From: Octopus sinensis
Lineage: Eukaryota
Direction: 5' to 3'
Assembly: GCF_006345805.1 (NCBI RefSeq)
Contig: NC_042998.1
Coordinates: 190,402,001-190,466,000 of the forward strand
Length of the DNA stretch: 64,000 bases
Positions 1-11,625 of this stretch are shown piece by piece. Each line of letters starts with the position of its first letter. Position 1 is the first letter of the stretch. Under the pieces are notes generated by a model. The model had not been told where the DNA came from and ran no database searches. It saw nothing but the letters and a program-made list of their open reading frames with translations. The translations under genes were made by a program, and so were the position numbers.

Positions 1-216
1 TACTGCTTATAATCTTAGTCTTCTGATCTTTCCGGTCAAAGTGAAAAGATCTTAGTCTTCTATTATAACTTCATTCATTTCTAGCATACTTTATAGGAAA
101 AGGAAGAGAAATGGAAGTTTATAAAATGGAAGTAAAGTGTTCCCTTTTTGTGGTAGTTTTATGAATAAAAAATGTCATAAAATATCATATCAGGTAAACT
201 TACGCTTAATAAAACG

Positions 217-640
217 GGATCTTTTCGGTTTGACCGGCAGTTTTTTAAAAATAATTTCCATTTAACTAAACACTTTTTAACTTCGTATACTGGTAGAATG
301 TGTTTATAAAACATCTTTTTCTCTTGGCTTTATTGAGAAAATTCTATAGTTTGTAAGATATTTGTTGTTGTTTATTTCTTCAATTTCTGCAATTTCAACC
401 AATCAATGACGTCTATTGAGGTGAAAACATTCTGTGCCGTATGAAAATGTCCCTCGTTTAAGAAACAGATTGGGTTTATTTACATTTCTGAAGTAAAAAA
501 GATACCCTTCCCCCACCCCTAACCCTAACCATAACCCTAAAACAGATTGAAATGCAATAGATCGATACTAGGGTGATAATAATGGGTGACAATTTCATAT
601 GACACCGCCAGAAAAAACTCGTTCAAACCGGAAAAGATCC
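217..640 (+). mobile_element. MITE, 8-bp TSD, GG-ended TIRs (Merlin-like), copy 1
   Basis: TIRs GGATCTTTTCGGTTTGA...TCAAACCGGAAAAGATCC; perfect 8-bp TSD ATAAAACG (209-216, 641-648); internal (CCCTAA)-type repeats 517-540. The superfamily call rests only on TSD length and GG termini. Confidence 0.85.
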
Positions 641-697
641 ATAAAACGTAATGTGTGCCTGTCAGTCACGCTGGTTGAGGGAGACTAAGCAACAAAT

Positions 698-1219
698 GGA
701 GGCGTGGGTGTGTGGTAAGAAGCTTGCTTCCCAACCTGATGGTTTGAAGTTCAATCCTGCTGCATGGTACCTTGGGCAAGAGTCTTCTACTAAAGCTTCG
801 AGCCGATCAAAGCCTTGTGAGTGGGTTTGGTAGACGGAAACTGAAAGAAGCCCGTCGTATGTGTATGTGGATCGTTTGTAGAAGTCTCAGCCAGCAGTGT
901 TTGGGGTTTGAAGATATGCTCTAACGCTAAGCGAGAAACCCAGGGTAACCCCATAAACCGGCATACCCCACTATAATATATATATGTATGTATGTATGTA
1001 TGTGTCTTTGTCCCTCCCCCAACTGCTTGACAACCGGTGCTGGTGTGTTTATGTTCCCGTTAACTAGCGGTTCGGCAAAATAAACCAATAGAATAAGTAC
1101 CATTCTTTAAAATAGGTACTGGGGATCGATACGTACGACTAAAAATTCATCGATGCGGTGCTCCAGCATGGTCGTAGACAAGTGACTGAAACAAATAAAA
1201 GGGTAAAAGATGAAAGATA
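698..1219 (+). mobile_element. tRNA/CORE-type SINE family A (OR2-like), degenerate, with an insertion in its central microsatellite
   Basis: tRNA-like head, CORE-like ACCTTGGGCAAG motif, central (TA/TG)n tract and 3' GCGGTGCTCCAGCATGG...TGACTGAAAC tail, as in the other family A copies. Confidence 0.75.
902..953 (+). ncRNA. Minimal type-I hammerhead ribozyme motif (Penelope-type remnant)
   Basis: Stem I TGGGGT/ACCCCA, core TTGAAGA, imperfect stem II, GAAA, near-palindromic stem III ACCC-A-GGGT, cleavage triplet GTA. Confidence 0.6.
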
Positions 1220-1347
1220 TCGTCCACATATGGTGAATATGTGTTGTGCATGTACTCGCGCACAGACACACACACGCACTATGTGGACGATATTTACGCC
1301 CGAGATTTTACAGCCGTATCTGATTCTTCAAAAGTGCTTCTGGTCTT

Positions 1348-1765
1348 GGATCTTTTCGGTTTGAACGGCAGTTTTTTCTAGCGGTGTCATATGAAATTGT
1401 CACCCATAATTATGACCCTAGTATCGATCTATTGCATTTAAATCTGTTTTAGGGTTAGGGTTAGGGGTGGAGGGAAGGGTATCTTTTTTCTTCACAAATG
1501 TAAATAAACCCAATCAGTTTCTTAAACGAGAGACATATTCATACGGCACAGAATGGTTTCACCTCAATAGACGTCATTGATTGGTTGAAATTGCAGAAAT
1601 TGAAAAAAAAAAAAAACAACAAATATCTTACAAACTATAGAATTTTTTCAATAAAGCCAAGAGAAAAGGATGCTTTATAAACACATTCTACCTGTATACG
1701 AAGTTTAAAAGTGTTTAGTTACGTGGAAATTATTAAAAAAAACTGCCGTGAAACCGAAAAGATCC
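1348..1765 (-). mobile_element. MITE, 8-bp TSD (Merlin-like), copy 2, inverted relative to copy 1
   Basis: Same TIRs; interior is the reverse complement of 217-640; TSD CTGGTCTT/CTGTTCTT (1340-1347, 1766-1773); (TTAGGG)3 at 1449-1466. Confidence 0.85.
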
Positions 1766-2190
1766 CTGTTCTTTATATATACATATATTTACTCGATTGC
1801 CTACATTTAACACTGGTTTCGCTCATTGTTTTGATACGCCATATTTTTTCATCATTAATAATAAAACTGTCAACATTTTTGATGACACGGGTATGCTAGT
1901 AAATAAATAAGTCGATAGTGTTACATCGATAAATGTGCGAGACAAGTGGAGGAAACACTTATTTTCTCTCGAGACAATGATTCGAGTAGTAGAAATATAT
2001 TGTTAAATGAAATAAAGTGATAAAGGATTGGTTTCGGAAAAATCCGGTTATTGTAAATAAATGTAAGTTGTTTACTTAATATCTACTATAGAATGTAGGG
2101 ATATGGAAACCAGATAAAATAAGGAGATGAAAGAGAAATTTTAAAAAATGGACATAGTGAATTCTCGTCGTATTTCTTTCAACGGAACTA

Positions 2191-2702
2191 CCGTAAATCC
2201 TCGAGTATAATCCGCATTTTCCCTCCAAAATTTAAAGGCGAAAATCCCTAGTGCGTACTATATACGAAGTTAAAAATGAAGAATACTTTCTAAGCAATGT
2301 CCGAGTCTCTATTTGCTGTCCGGCAATGTCTATTCAGACGCATTTTGTGATTTCGGGCGCGAAAATACCTCAAGATAAGCCTGAAAGCAATGAATTCATA
2401 AAAGAATCATTCATAACTTGCAGTAAGCAACATTTATTAAACGTTTTTACTGTTATTTCTTTATTTTCTGCAAACAAAATGGATAAAAAAGCTACACGTT
2501 TGCATTATGTTATATGTACAACAATAATAAAGGACGTTACTGTAAACATTTTTACAAACCAAGGACGTTATATAGACCTCCTTGACTCAAGTTAGAGAAG
2601 GGGTGCGTATTATGCACAAGGTTTAAGTTTTTCAGAGGTGCAGCCCACTAAAAATCCCCTGTGTATTATACTTATGGGCGGACTATACTCGAGGATTTAC
2701 GG
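2191..2702. mobile_element. Tc1/mariner-superfamily MITE (Tc2-like termini)
   Basis: TIRs CCGTAAATCCTCGAGTATAATCCGC / GCGGACTATACTCGAGGATTTACGG; TA on the left flank, TT on the right; no coding capacity. Confidence 0.75.
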
Positions 2703-4651
2703 TTCTCACTGAATAGTATTTATTGAGTTGTTCTTTCTTTTGGAAATAACAATTGAACCTTCTTCAGATCACACCCTTCCATCATAAAACAAGGAAGAAT
2801 ATTGAGTAATTTAGTTCTAGATTCCGTCTAAAATGACGGGATTGTCGCGGCTTTGGCCATTAGTTTGTTCGCTCAGGGCGAGCTACAACACAGAGAAAGT
2901 GATATGGTCTGACATGTGAATTAGATACTACTTGAATCATTAACGTAATCTTTAAGCAGGATCAGCGCCACACGGTATGGCAGGATTGGCTGTTTGAACT
3001 ACATCAACTGCTCTGTATAACAAAATACTAACGTGACGTGATCAACTCTACCATCCTTTTGAGAGAAGATTAAATGTCGTGTCGATTTATTTTTTTGCAT
3101 AACGTATCCTGGCTGAGAATGAAATTATAAAAGAAGAAATATATTATCATTTTCGGTGATGGTTTGTCAACGATTGAACTTCTTTGAGGATATCCTGGTG
3201 TGTCTGGAGAGAGATAATATTTTGACCGGGAGGAATGGAAGACGGTATTTAGACGCTGGTAAAATACGAGTTCAAAAATATAAACTATTACCGGAATGGA
3301 TTTTGACTTAAGTCTATCGTTACACACACACAACATCAACGACAATGACAACAACAACAATAAACCTTTCAAAAGCTGTGTGTGCGTGCACCTATGTATT
3401 TTCGAAAGTATGCCTGCAGCGTCGCGTAGATATCTCTGAATAGCAGCTGTATCAACGTTATCATCCCACTGCTATTCTATATTTATCGATTACACAACTT
3501 TGTTCTCCCCTTCCCTGATATCAGCCACACTCACTATACCACCACATTTCCCTCACTTTAATAGTCTTGCACCCTTGTCATTTTATCAAATAATAGTCCA
3601 ACCGAGTAAAACAAATCAGTTGAGCGGTAACACCAGGAAAGCGCCCCTGCTAGGAGTGGGGGCATTATAGACTCTTAAGGAAATCTAATTAGCCTATAAT
3701 TCAACAGGATGTAAGTTTAATATGTATGCAAAGTTTCGTAAAGATTGGTTCAATTGTGTAGGCAGCAAGATGGTAACAGACAGATAGACAGAAATTGCCA
3801 TTTATGTTTAAGATACAACCTTGTCGGGTTGTTTGTGAATAGACGTTGTTGGTAGATGCAGTAAAATATTTGTCACTGGTTCCATTGTGTATGATAGTTG
3901 CTAGTTTCATCTTCTGTGTCTACTACAGAGAGAAAAGGAGTAAGAGTTGTATTGTTAAGCAGATAGTATAACTAGTGAGTTATTCCTTTTCTCTTCATCA
4001 GTACCGGGAGTTGCTCATTGATCAGAGGCAGTGAACAAAGAGACAGAACTATTTGGCCTGAGTTTTTTTACAACTGGTAACTGAATTAGGTCGTTAAAAC
4101 AATAGGGTTCTTCGTACTTAATCAGACTTGACCGGAGAATGCCTCGAGGAAGTTCAAGAGGTCAGTACATTCCCATTAACCTTTGAGTGCAAAAAAGGCT
4201 AAGACAATAAGCTGAAGATTTGTTTGACAATGTGGAAAATATGGATTTGGTTTCGAATCCAACCTTAGCTATTCAGTAGCTGTTGCCCCCTTCCCATACA
4301 CATAGAGGCGTGGGTGTGGTTCAAAAGCTAGCTCTTCAATCAGCCAACTGTGCATAGCACATTGGGAACGTTTTCTACTACCAAAACCTAGTTTGGCTAA
4401 GGTCTGTCCATTTGGCTTGGCAAACTACCCAAATAGACAGAGCCCGAAGAAGCTGTACTGAAAATCGTGCCAGGTTGCATCTGCAAATGCCCGTAATCTG
4501 TGCAGTGTAAACACTTGTAACTCATAAAGACCATGAAAATAGGTTGTATAAAACTGTAAAATAAGAGGAAATAAATTTTGGGTAATGAATAAATCCCTAT
4601 GTTCTATATCGTTATAATTATCGCAAATATATACCCCCAGACAATATTACC

Positions 4652-4886
4652 TATTTCTTTACTACCCACAAGGGGCTAAACACAGAGGGGACAAACAAGG
4701 ACAGACAAACGGATTATGTCGATTACATCGACCCCAGTGCGTAACTGGTACTTAATTTATCGACCCCGAAAGGATGAAAGGCAAAGTCGACCTCGGCGGA
4801 ATTTGAACTCAGAACGTAACGGCAGACGAAATACTGCTAAGCATTTCGCCCGGCGTGCTAACGTTTCTGCCAGCTCGCCGCCTTCA
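4652..4886 (-). mobile_element. tRNA-derived SINE family B
   Basis: Full-length copy with B-box GAGTTCAAATTCC on the minus strand; 17-bp TSD CCCCAGACAATATTACC (4635-4651, 4887-4903). Confidence 0.9.
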
Positions 4887-5225
4887 CCCCAGACAATATT
4901 ACCGTCCACTGAAGCGAACGCAGAATTACCCATCAGAAGAATTTACGGTAACTGATAACTAGTAGTAGTCATAGACACTAGTGTAGCTAGAATGTGTGCG
5001 GTCGAGGCGGCAATTCCGTTTGCCGCCCCCGGACCCCACAAAAAATACGTATCGCCTACAGTACACCCAAAAGTGGTGCCCCTTTAAAAGTACCACTTTC
5101 ACCGTTCCCCCGTCCCCAGCTAGGTTAGTGGTTATAGACGTTAAATATTGTTCGATGCGGTTAGCTGTAACCTGGAACATAACTGAGGGCCACCATGGTG
5201 TTTGCCCGGACAGTATAGCCCTCCA

Positions 5226-5633
5226 TAAGACGGCGAGCTGGCAGAAAGGTTAGCACGCCGGGCGAAATGCGTAGCCGTATTTCGTCTGCTGTTACGTTCT
5301 GAGTTCAAATTCTGCCGAGGTCGACTTTGCCTTTCATCCTTTCGGGGTCGATTAAATAAGTACCAGTTACGCACTGGGTCGATATAATCGACTTAATCCG
5401 TTTGTCTGTCCTTGTTTGTCCCCTCTGTGATTAGCCCCTTGTGGGTAGTAAAGAAATAGGTATTTCGTCTGCCGTTACGTTCTGAGTTCAAATTCCGCCG
5501 AGGTCGACTTTGCCTTTCATTCTATCGAGGTCGATTAAATAAGTACCAGTTACGCACTGGGGTCGATGTAATCGACTTAATCCGTCAGTCTGTCCTCTCT
5601 GTGTTTAGCCCCTTGTGGGCAATAAAGAAATAG
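5226..5633 (+). mobile_element. SINE family B, one full copy plus one 5'-truncated copy in tandem
   Basis: Unit 1 5226-5460 and unit 2 5460-5633, enclosed by a single 13-bp TSD GTATAGCCCTCCA (5213-5225, 5634-5646). Confidence 0.85.
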
Positions 5634-5646
5634 GTATAGCCCTCCA

Positions 5647-6158
5647 AACTCACATCTATCACGGCATCGAACAAACTAGCGGATATGTACCGCTGGTCGC
5701 AATACTCTTCTCATTGATTTTGCTGATAAATCGGACAGACCAGCGTTCTAGCCGAACAGAACACCAGTTAGTTGTACAGTTACCTATTCACAGCTGAGCA
5801 GACTCAAGTAACTTGAAATAATGTATTTTGCTCAAAAACACAACGCACAGCGGGTCTGGGAATCGAAACCGCAATCTGGGAATCGTAAATAACATCTTGA
5901 ATGCATCAGTCTAGCCCAGTGCTTTTCAAACTTTTTGCTGGAGCGGAACCCAAAGGAAACATTCCACTGGCTCGAGGAACCCCTGCGCAATAATTTAATA
6001 GTCTTATGCACACATATCTGCACAGGAGAATTAAAAATTACTGCCGATTTTAGCAGTTTTGTAACTTCTTGCGGAACCCTTGGACTGTACTGGCGGAAGC
6101 CTAAGGTTTCGCGGAACCCTGGTTGAGAACCACTGCTCTAGCCACTAGACTACCTGCC
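5647..6158 (-). mobile_element. Older tRNA-SINE-like element interrupted by a hAT MITE
   Basis: Minus-strand tRNA-like head GGCAGGTAGTCTAGTGG...GGTTTCGATTCCCAGACC is split by the MITE at 5917-6135; the 3' boundary is uncertain. Confidence 0.5.
5917..6135. mobile_element. hAT (Charlie-type) MITE
   Basis: CAGTG...CACTG termini with TIR-like CAGTGCTTTTCAAAC / GTTGAGAACCACTG; 8-bp TSD GTCTAGCC/CTCTAGCC containing TCTAG. Confidence 0.85.
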
Positions 6159-6884
6159 TTCACACTCACACGTATATGTGTGTGTGTGTTTCTATTGTAT
6201 TTATCTCGCTCTACCGCTTGACAACAGTTTACATCCTTGTAACTTAACAGTATATTTACTTTTTTCAGTACTGGAAATGTAGTTTCAGTTATCTCTATAT
6301 ATCATCTTATTTCTATTGTATTTGAAATAAATTACTAATTTATTATCCTAATGTGAACGACATTACGCATCGGCAACTTTCCGTCTTTACGGCCACAACA
6401 GTGGAATGGTGTTTCAGTGTATGTGTGTTAACTGATATAACGAACGGCTGGGGGTGAAACTCTTGACGAAAAACAATGAGGTGGCAAGTCCAAGGTATAT
6501 AAAAATACACATTTACCGTTCGATAACCAGTTAATAATTATCGCAGTAGTCACCTAAAGAGACAAATAGGGCTGGAGAGGAGATGCCTGAGTAAGAAAGT
6601 GTTTGATGAAAGATGTAAGAATGTTGCGTATAGAAGGTCCCTAGTGGATGCGAGATAAGCCAAAAAACTGAGGTCAGTGATGAGGTGGGGGTTTGTGGGG
6701 TCCGTAAAAAAACCTGCCCCACTCCATTTGTAAAAACGTCCCTTGTGTTTGTCAAATCATTCGTTAATTTATATAATCATGTTAAATTTTTAATCGACCC
6801 CAAATTGCTCTGTAATGTAAAATCATTAGTGATTGTGTTGTCATTTCTTTGTATAGTCCTTAATGGATAACAAAAAAAAATCAC

Positions 6885-7269
6885 AGGCGCAGGCGTGGCT
6901 GTGTGGTAAATAGCTTGTTTACCAACCACATGGTTCCGGGTTCAGTCCCACTGCGTGGCACCTTGGGCAAGTGTCTTCTACTATAGCCTCGGGCCGACCA
7001 AATCCTTGTGAGTGGATTTGGTAGACGGAAACTGAAAGAAGCCCGTCGTATATATGTATATATATGTACGCGTGTCTGTTTGTGTGTCTGTGTTTGTCCC
7101 CCTAGCATTGCTTGACAGCTGATGCTGGTGTGTTTATGTCCCCGTTACTTAGTAGTTCGGCAAAAGAGACCGATAGAATAAGTACTGGGCTTACAAAAGA
7201 ATAAGTCCCGGGGTCGAGTTGCATGGCCGCAGTCAAATGACTGAAACAAGTAAAAGAGAGTAAAGAGTA
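6885..7269 (+). mobile_element. SINE family A (CORE-type, OR2-like)
   Basis: A-box TGGCTGTGTGG, B-box GGTTCAGTCCC, CORE-like CACCTTGGGCAAGT, central (TA)n, (AAAGAGT)-like tail. Confidence 0.9.
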
Positions 7270-7464
7270 TAGATAATAACTATCGCAGTAGTTGCAAGGT
7301 TGCAAGATATTTACAATTACAAATTAACAATTCAGGCATGTGCTTCTATTTGGTTAATTTATATTGCATACAAAAATAAAGACATACTACATACATACAA
7401 CTGCTTAGAGAAATAGAGATTAATTTTTTCTATGTTCATAATTTTTTGTTTACAATATTGAAAG

Positions 7465-8834
7465 ATGCCACTAAAGAAAAGATGTAATCCTTCCAGAAAC
7501 AACTATAAAGCAAGGAGGATTGTAGAAAACCGAAGGCGAGAGTCTCAAGAGAGAAAGGAGATGAGACTTTCTCAAGATCAGCAAACGCATGCTGCAGTAC
7601 GTCAAATGGAGTCTCAAGTCAAACGAGATGACACTTTCTCAAGATCAGTAAACGCATGCTGTAGCACGTCAGATGGTGTCTCAATACAGAAGGGAGAAGA
7701 AACTTAAAAACTTCCAAATGAAACTAATGGCATGTGCTGCTCAGGTGGTAAGGTAAGATTGCCAGCTCTACCAGCTCCTCCTCAACCTCTCCTGGAAGGC
7801 ACTGCCATCCAGTCAAACGATTTTCTGAACAATATCAAACAGTATTTCAAATGACATCACTTGGTGCATCTAAGGAGATAGCTGAACATGGACTTACGCC
7901 GACGTTCAAAGTTCAAGGGCAAGTCTATCACCTCATTGGTTCCCTGTTACCCACAAATGAACAACCACACTTCCTCCGAATTTACTTCGCGGGTGATGTA
8001 GGACAACAAACCCGAAGGAGGTATCAACATTTCAGACATTGGGTTGTGTTAGACGCAACGCCGACTGCCGCTAAGGAGAGTATATCCACAGCTTTTCGGT
8101 TCGTTCAAAAATCACATACTTCCCACCCCCAATTTCCCATGACAGGTTAGGGCCTGGAATACTACAAACGGAGGCATAACATTTATTCTACAAATGTTTT
8201 GTCGTCAATGCTGCACTCCCCCGTATCACCTGTTTCAACATAGCTGTAATATATTTCTGTCACAACCTGGGACCTTGAATACTGCTTAAATGCAAGAAAG
8301 TATACTAGTCCCTTAGTTGGAAGCACTCCGTCGGTTACGACGACGAGGGTTCCGGTTGATCCGATCAACGGAACAGCCTGCTCATGAAATTAACGTGTAA
8401 GTGGCTGAGCACTCCACAGACACGTGTACCCTTAACGTAGTTCTCAGGGATATTCAGCGTGACACAGAGAGTGACAAGGCCGGCCCTTTGAAATACAGGT
8501 ACAACAGAAACAGGAAGTAAGAGTGAGAGAAAGTTGTGGTGAAAGAGTACAGCAGGGATCACCACCATCCCCGTCGGAGCCTCGTGAAGCTTTAGGTGTT
8601 TTCGCTCAATAAACACTCACAACGCCCGGTCTGGGAATCGAAACCGCGATCCTACGACCGCGAGTCCGCTGCCCTAACCACTGGGCCACAGTCCCTTAGT
8701 ATTTGATATTCAATAAGACAATCAATGCTTCATTTTATTTTACTATATATTCTACATTAATATTATAAAAAATATAAATAAAACATAAAAAAACAGAGTT
8801 GGAATTCCTTAGAATAATATATATATATAGATTG

Positions 8835-8868
<34 letters not shown>

Positions 8869-8913
8869 AACTATACCGTTATAATCAAGTGCAACGCCGG
8901 GTGTCTCTGCTAG
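7465..8913 (+). mobile_element. Helitron deletion derivative with degenerate RepHel N-terminal coding remnant
   Basis: Translations contain ETNGMCCSGGKVRLP and QMTSLGA...PTFKVQGQVYHLIGSLLP (about 7715-8010), motifs typical of the Helitron RepHel N-terminus, with stops and frameshifts. 3' end GCAACGCCGGG...CTAG|T at 8910-8913 matches the other Helitron ends here. The 5' boundary is not defined. Confidence 0.75.
8318..8689 (-). mobile_element. tRNA-derived SINE family C
   Basis: Homologous to 44149-44539; 11-bp TSD AGTCCCTTAGT (8307-8317, 8690-8700); inserted within the Helitron. Confidence 0.9.
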
Positions 8914-10044
8914 TATTTAATAAAGAAAATTATTTATTTTCATTCAGTTTTACCACACGGGTAATATAAAAATGTACATTAGTGTACAATTGGGATTTCT
9001 GATACAGGCACTAGACTAGTAATTTTGCCGTAGTTATTAGTCGAATCTATCGGCTTCAGGAGTTGAGTAATACATTGTTTTATCGATCTCGAAATGACGA
9101 ATGGAGAAGCTGACCTCAGAAAGTAAAGAAACAATAAATTCCGCAAAGGTTTTCCCCCCCATTTCTAACGGATTCTGCTAGCTCGCCGCCTTGACAAAAA
9201 TAAAATACTGATTTCCTAGTTGGGCAAAATCCAGCAGCTTTTTAGGAGATGGTGTTAGTCGATGCCATCGAATTCAGTACTTGATCGATATTCTATTTTA
9301 TCGACCCCCCAAAAGGATGAAATGCAAAGTTGACTTTGCTGGTATTTGAACCCAGATTGTAAAGATCTCGAACAGATAACCACGAAACATTTTCCCGACG
9401 CTCTAATAATTCTAGTGACTCGTTGCCCGAACAAAAATATAGCAATAACAAATAATTACGATTTTCTATTTTGCACCATAAATATAAATACCTCGATCAC
9501 GACGAAAGACATTTAGTTGATCAATAAACTGCATTCCTACTCGTGAAATTAATGTGTTAACAGTTGGGTATTTTCAGAATCATTTATACCCTTAACACTA
9601 ATCTCTGACCGAATTTGTGTTACAAATTGTTAAAAGGCCAGGTCATTAAATTAGTGATACAATCCAGAGGGAAAAAGAGAAGAATCAACTCTAGTACTGA
9701 ACTTGTATTTCTTTTTAACGGTAAAAGCAAAGTTGATGTCGGTGGGGGATTCAAGTGAGGTCGTAACGAAGCGAAACGAGTACCTCAAGGTATTTTTTTC
9801 CCTACGCTTTAACGATTCATCTATAATCATTAAGATATACATTGACAAACTTGTTATAGGGTGAACATCTCAAATCACTGGGATAAATTAGTCATAATAA
9901 ATAATATAATCTATAATATAACACATAGATACAGAAGAAGAAACAGCTAATTATAATTGACTCCTCTACTTGACTGGCATTATTTTATCCGAAAAGGTCA
10001 GAAGTAAAATTGATGCTTGACATGGCTTGGAATAACTAATACTA

Positions 10045-10447
10045 CAGGAGTGGCTGAGTGGTAAGTAGCTTGCTTACCAACCACATGGTTCCGGGTTCAT
10101 TCACACTGCGTGGCACCTTGGGCAAGTGTCTTCTACTATAGCCTCGGGCCGACCAAAGACTTGTGAGTGGATTTGGTAGACAGAAACTGAAAGAAGCCTG
10201 TCGTATATATATATGTACGTGTGTATATATGTTTGTGAGTCTGTGTTTGTCCCCCCCAACATCGCTTGACAACCGATGGTGGTGTGTTTACATCTCCGTA
10301 ACTTAGCGGTTCGGCCAAAGAGACTAGGTAAGTACTAGGCTTACAAAGAATAAGTTCTGGGGTCGATTTGCTCGACTGAAGGCGGTGCTCCAGCATGGCC
10401 GCAGTCAAATGACTGAAACAAGTAAAAGAGTAAATAGTAAAAAGAGT
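10045..10447 (+). mobile_element. SINE family A
   Basis: Full-length copy with head, CORE motif, microsatellite and tail. Confidence 0.9.
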
Positions 10448-10741
10448 TCAGTCGTAAAATAAACCTAAGAGCCTCTCCACGGGCGCCCGATATCCTAGAA
10501 ATAACAGCTAAATTCCTTTGAAAATCCTACACTATCTTAAAAAAAAAGAAGACCAACACATTGCATTGTGCTCGTAGGCACCCTGGGCTTGGAGGAAGTC
10601 GGGATGGTCATGGCTGGAATATCTTTGGTCATACGTCTGGTCGATCAAAGCTTTCTTGAGGTAAAATAAGTGGAGAGTTACCCACTCGCTTCGATGACTT
10701 TTCAAATCATGTATATATATACTAAAGCCAGTTATTTAAGA

Positions 10742-11341
10742 CTTGCAGTATCGCCCGGCGTTGCTCGGGTTTGTAAGGGAAATAACTATATAAGCATTTT
10801 TAGAGAGTTATAGCCAAAAAATAGCAAAAAAATGCATTAAAAATGGAAAAAAAATGATGGTAAATTTTTTTTTAAATCGTTGACTCATCGTAGACATTTT
10901 TAGAGAGTTACTTTCCTTATATAATAGCGAAAAAAATGCATTAAAATGGAAAAAAATGATGGTAAATTTTTTTTTAAATCGTTGACTCATCGTAGACATT
11001 TTTAGAGAGTTACTTTCCTTATATAATAGCGAAAAAAATGCATTAAAATGGAAAAAAATGATGGTAAATTTTTTTTTAAATCGTTGACTCATCGTAGACA
11101 ATTTTAGAGAGTTACTTTCCTTATATAATAGCGAAAAAAATGCATTAAAATGGAAAAAAATGATGGTAAATCGTAGACGCGCGCTAATACCCAGAAGAGC
11201 TGGATATGAATCACGACTATAAGATACCCGGTTTTGGTTAAACTGCACCGCAAAATGTGGGAGTAGTTAGGAATCTAAATCGTAGGAGACAGACAGCACA
11301 CAACCTTACTTTTATATATAAAGAAGTTTTATATATAGAGA
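10742..11341 (-). mobile_element. Non-autonomous Helitron
   Basis: Minus-strand 5' A|TCTCTATATATAAAA; 3' hairpin CCCGAGCAACGCCGGG followed by CAAG|T (degenerate CTAG); the 3' end matches 54404-54790. Confidence 0.75.
10824..11172. repeat. 102-bp tandem repeat, about 3.3 copies, inside the Helitron
   Basis: GCATTAAAA recurs at 10834, 10938, 11040 and 11142; copies are nearly identical and have no spacers. Confidence 0.95.
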
Positions 11342-11499
11342 TTAATAAAATAAAACATTACACATTTTGTTACGTTTATTATTCAAATTCTATCGATAAC
11401 ATTGATTTAAACCATTTCAAAAAATCAACCCTGTCACTGTAATTTCTTGGCTTCTTGCCATTATATACATTCCTTTCCACTTAATAAGTTCAGTGGCGT

Positions 11500-11625
11500 T
11501 TCCCATTTACAGCGAGACGCCGAGGGCACCAGCTTTTGCCTTTCGGAGCAAAGCCGAGCGCGTGAGCTCACGTCCTCAGTGACAGCGTTTCGATCCTCTC
11601 GCGTTCCTCGATGGCCAGCAAAAGT
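11500..11625. promoter_or_regulatory. CpG-dense non-repeat segment, candidate promoter
   Basis: Unusually many CpGs for this AT-rich window (e.g. GCCGAGCGCGTGAGCTCACGTCC, TCTCGCGTTCCTCG); possible splice donor G|GTAAGG at 11670. Confidence 0.35.

Noticed and set aside
517-540. True telomere or telomere-fusion site
   Set aside because: Only 3-4 units, internal to a TSD-flanked MITE.
6885-6960. tRNA genes at SINE heads
   Set aside because: A and B boxes are present, but the heads run directly into SINE bodies with no complete cloverleaf.
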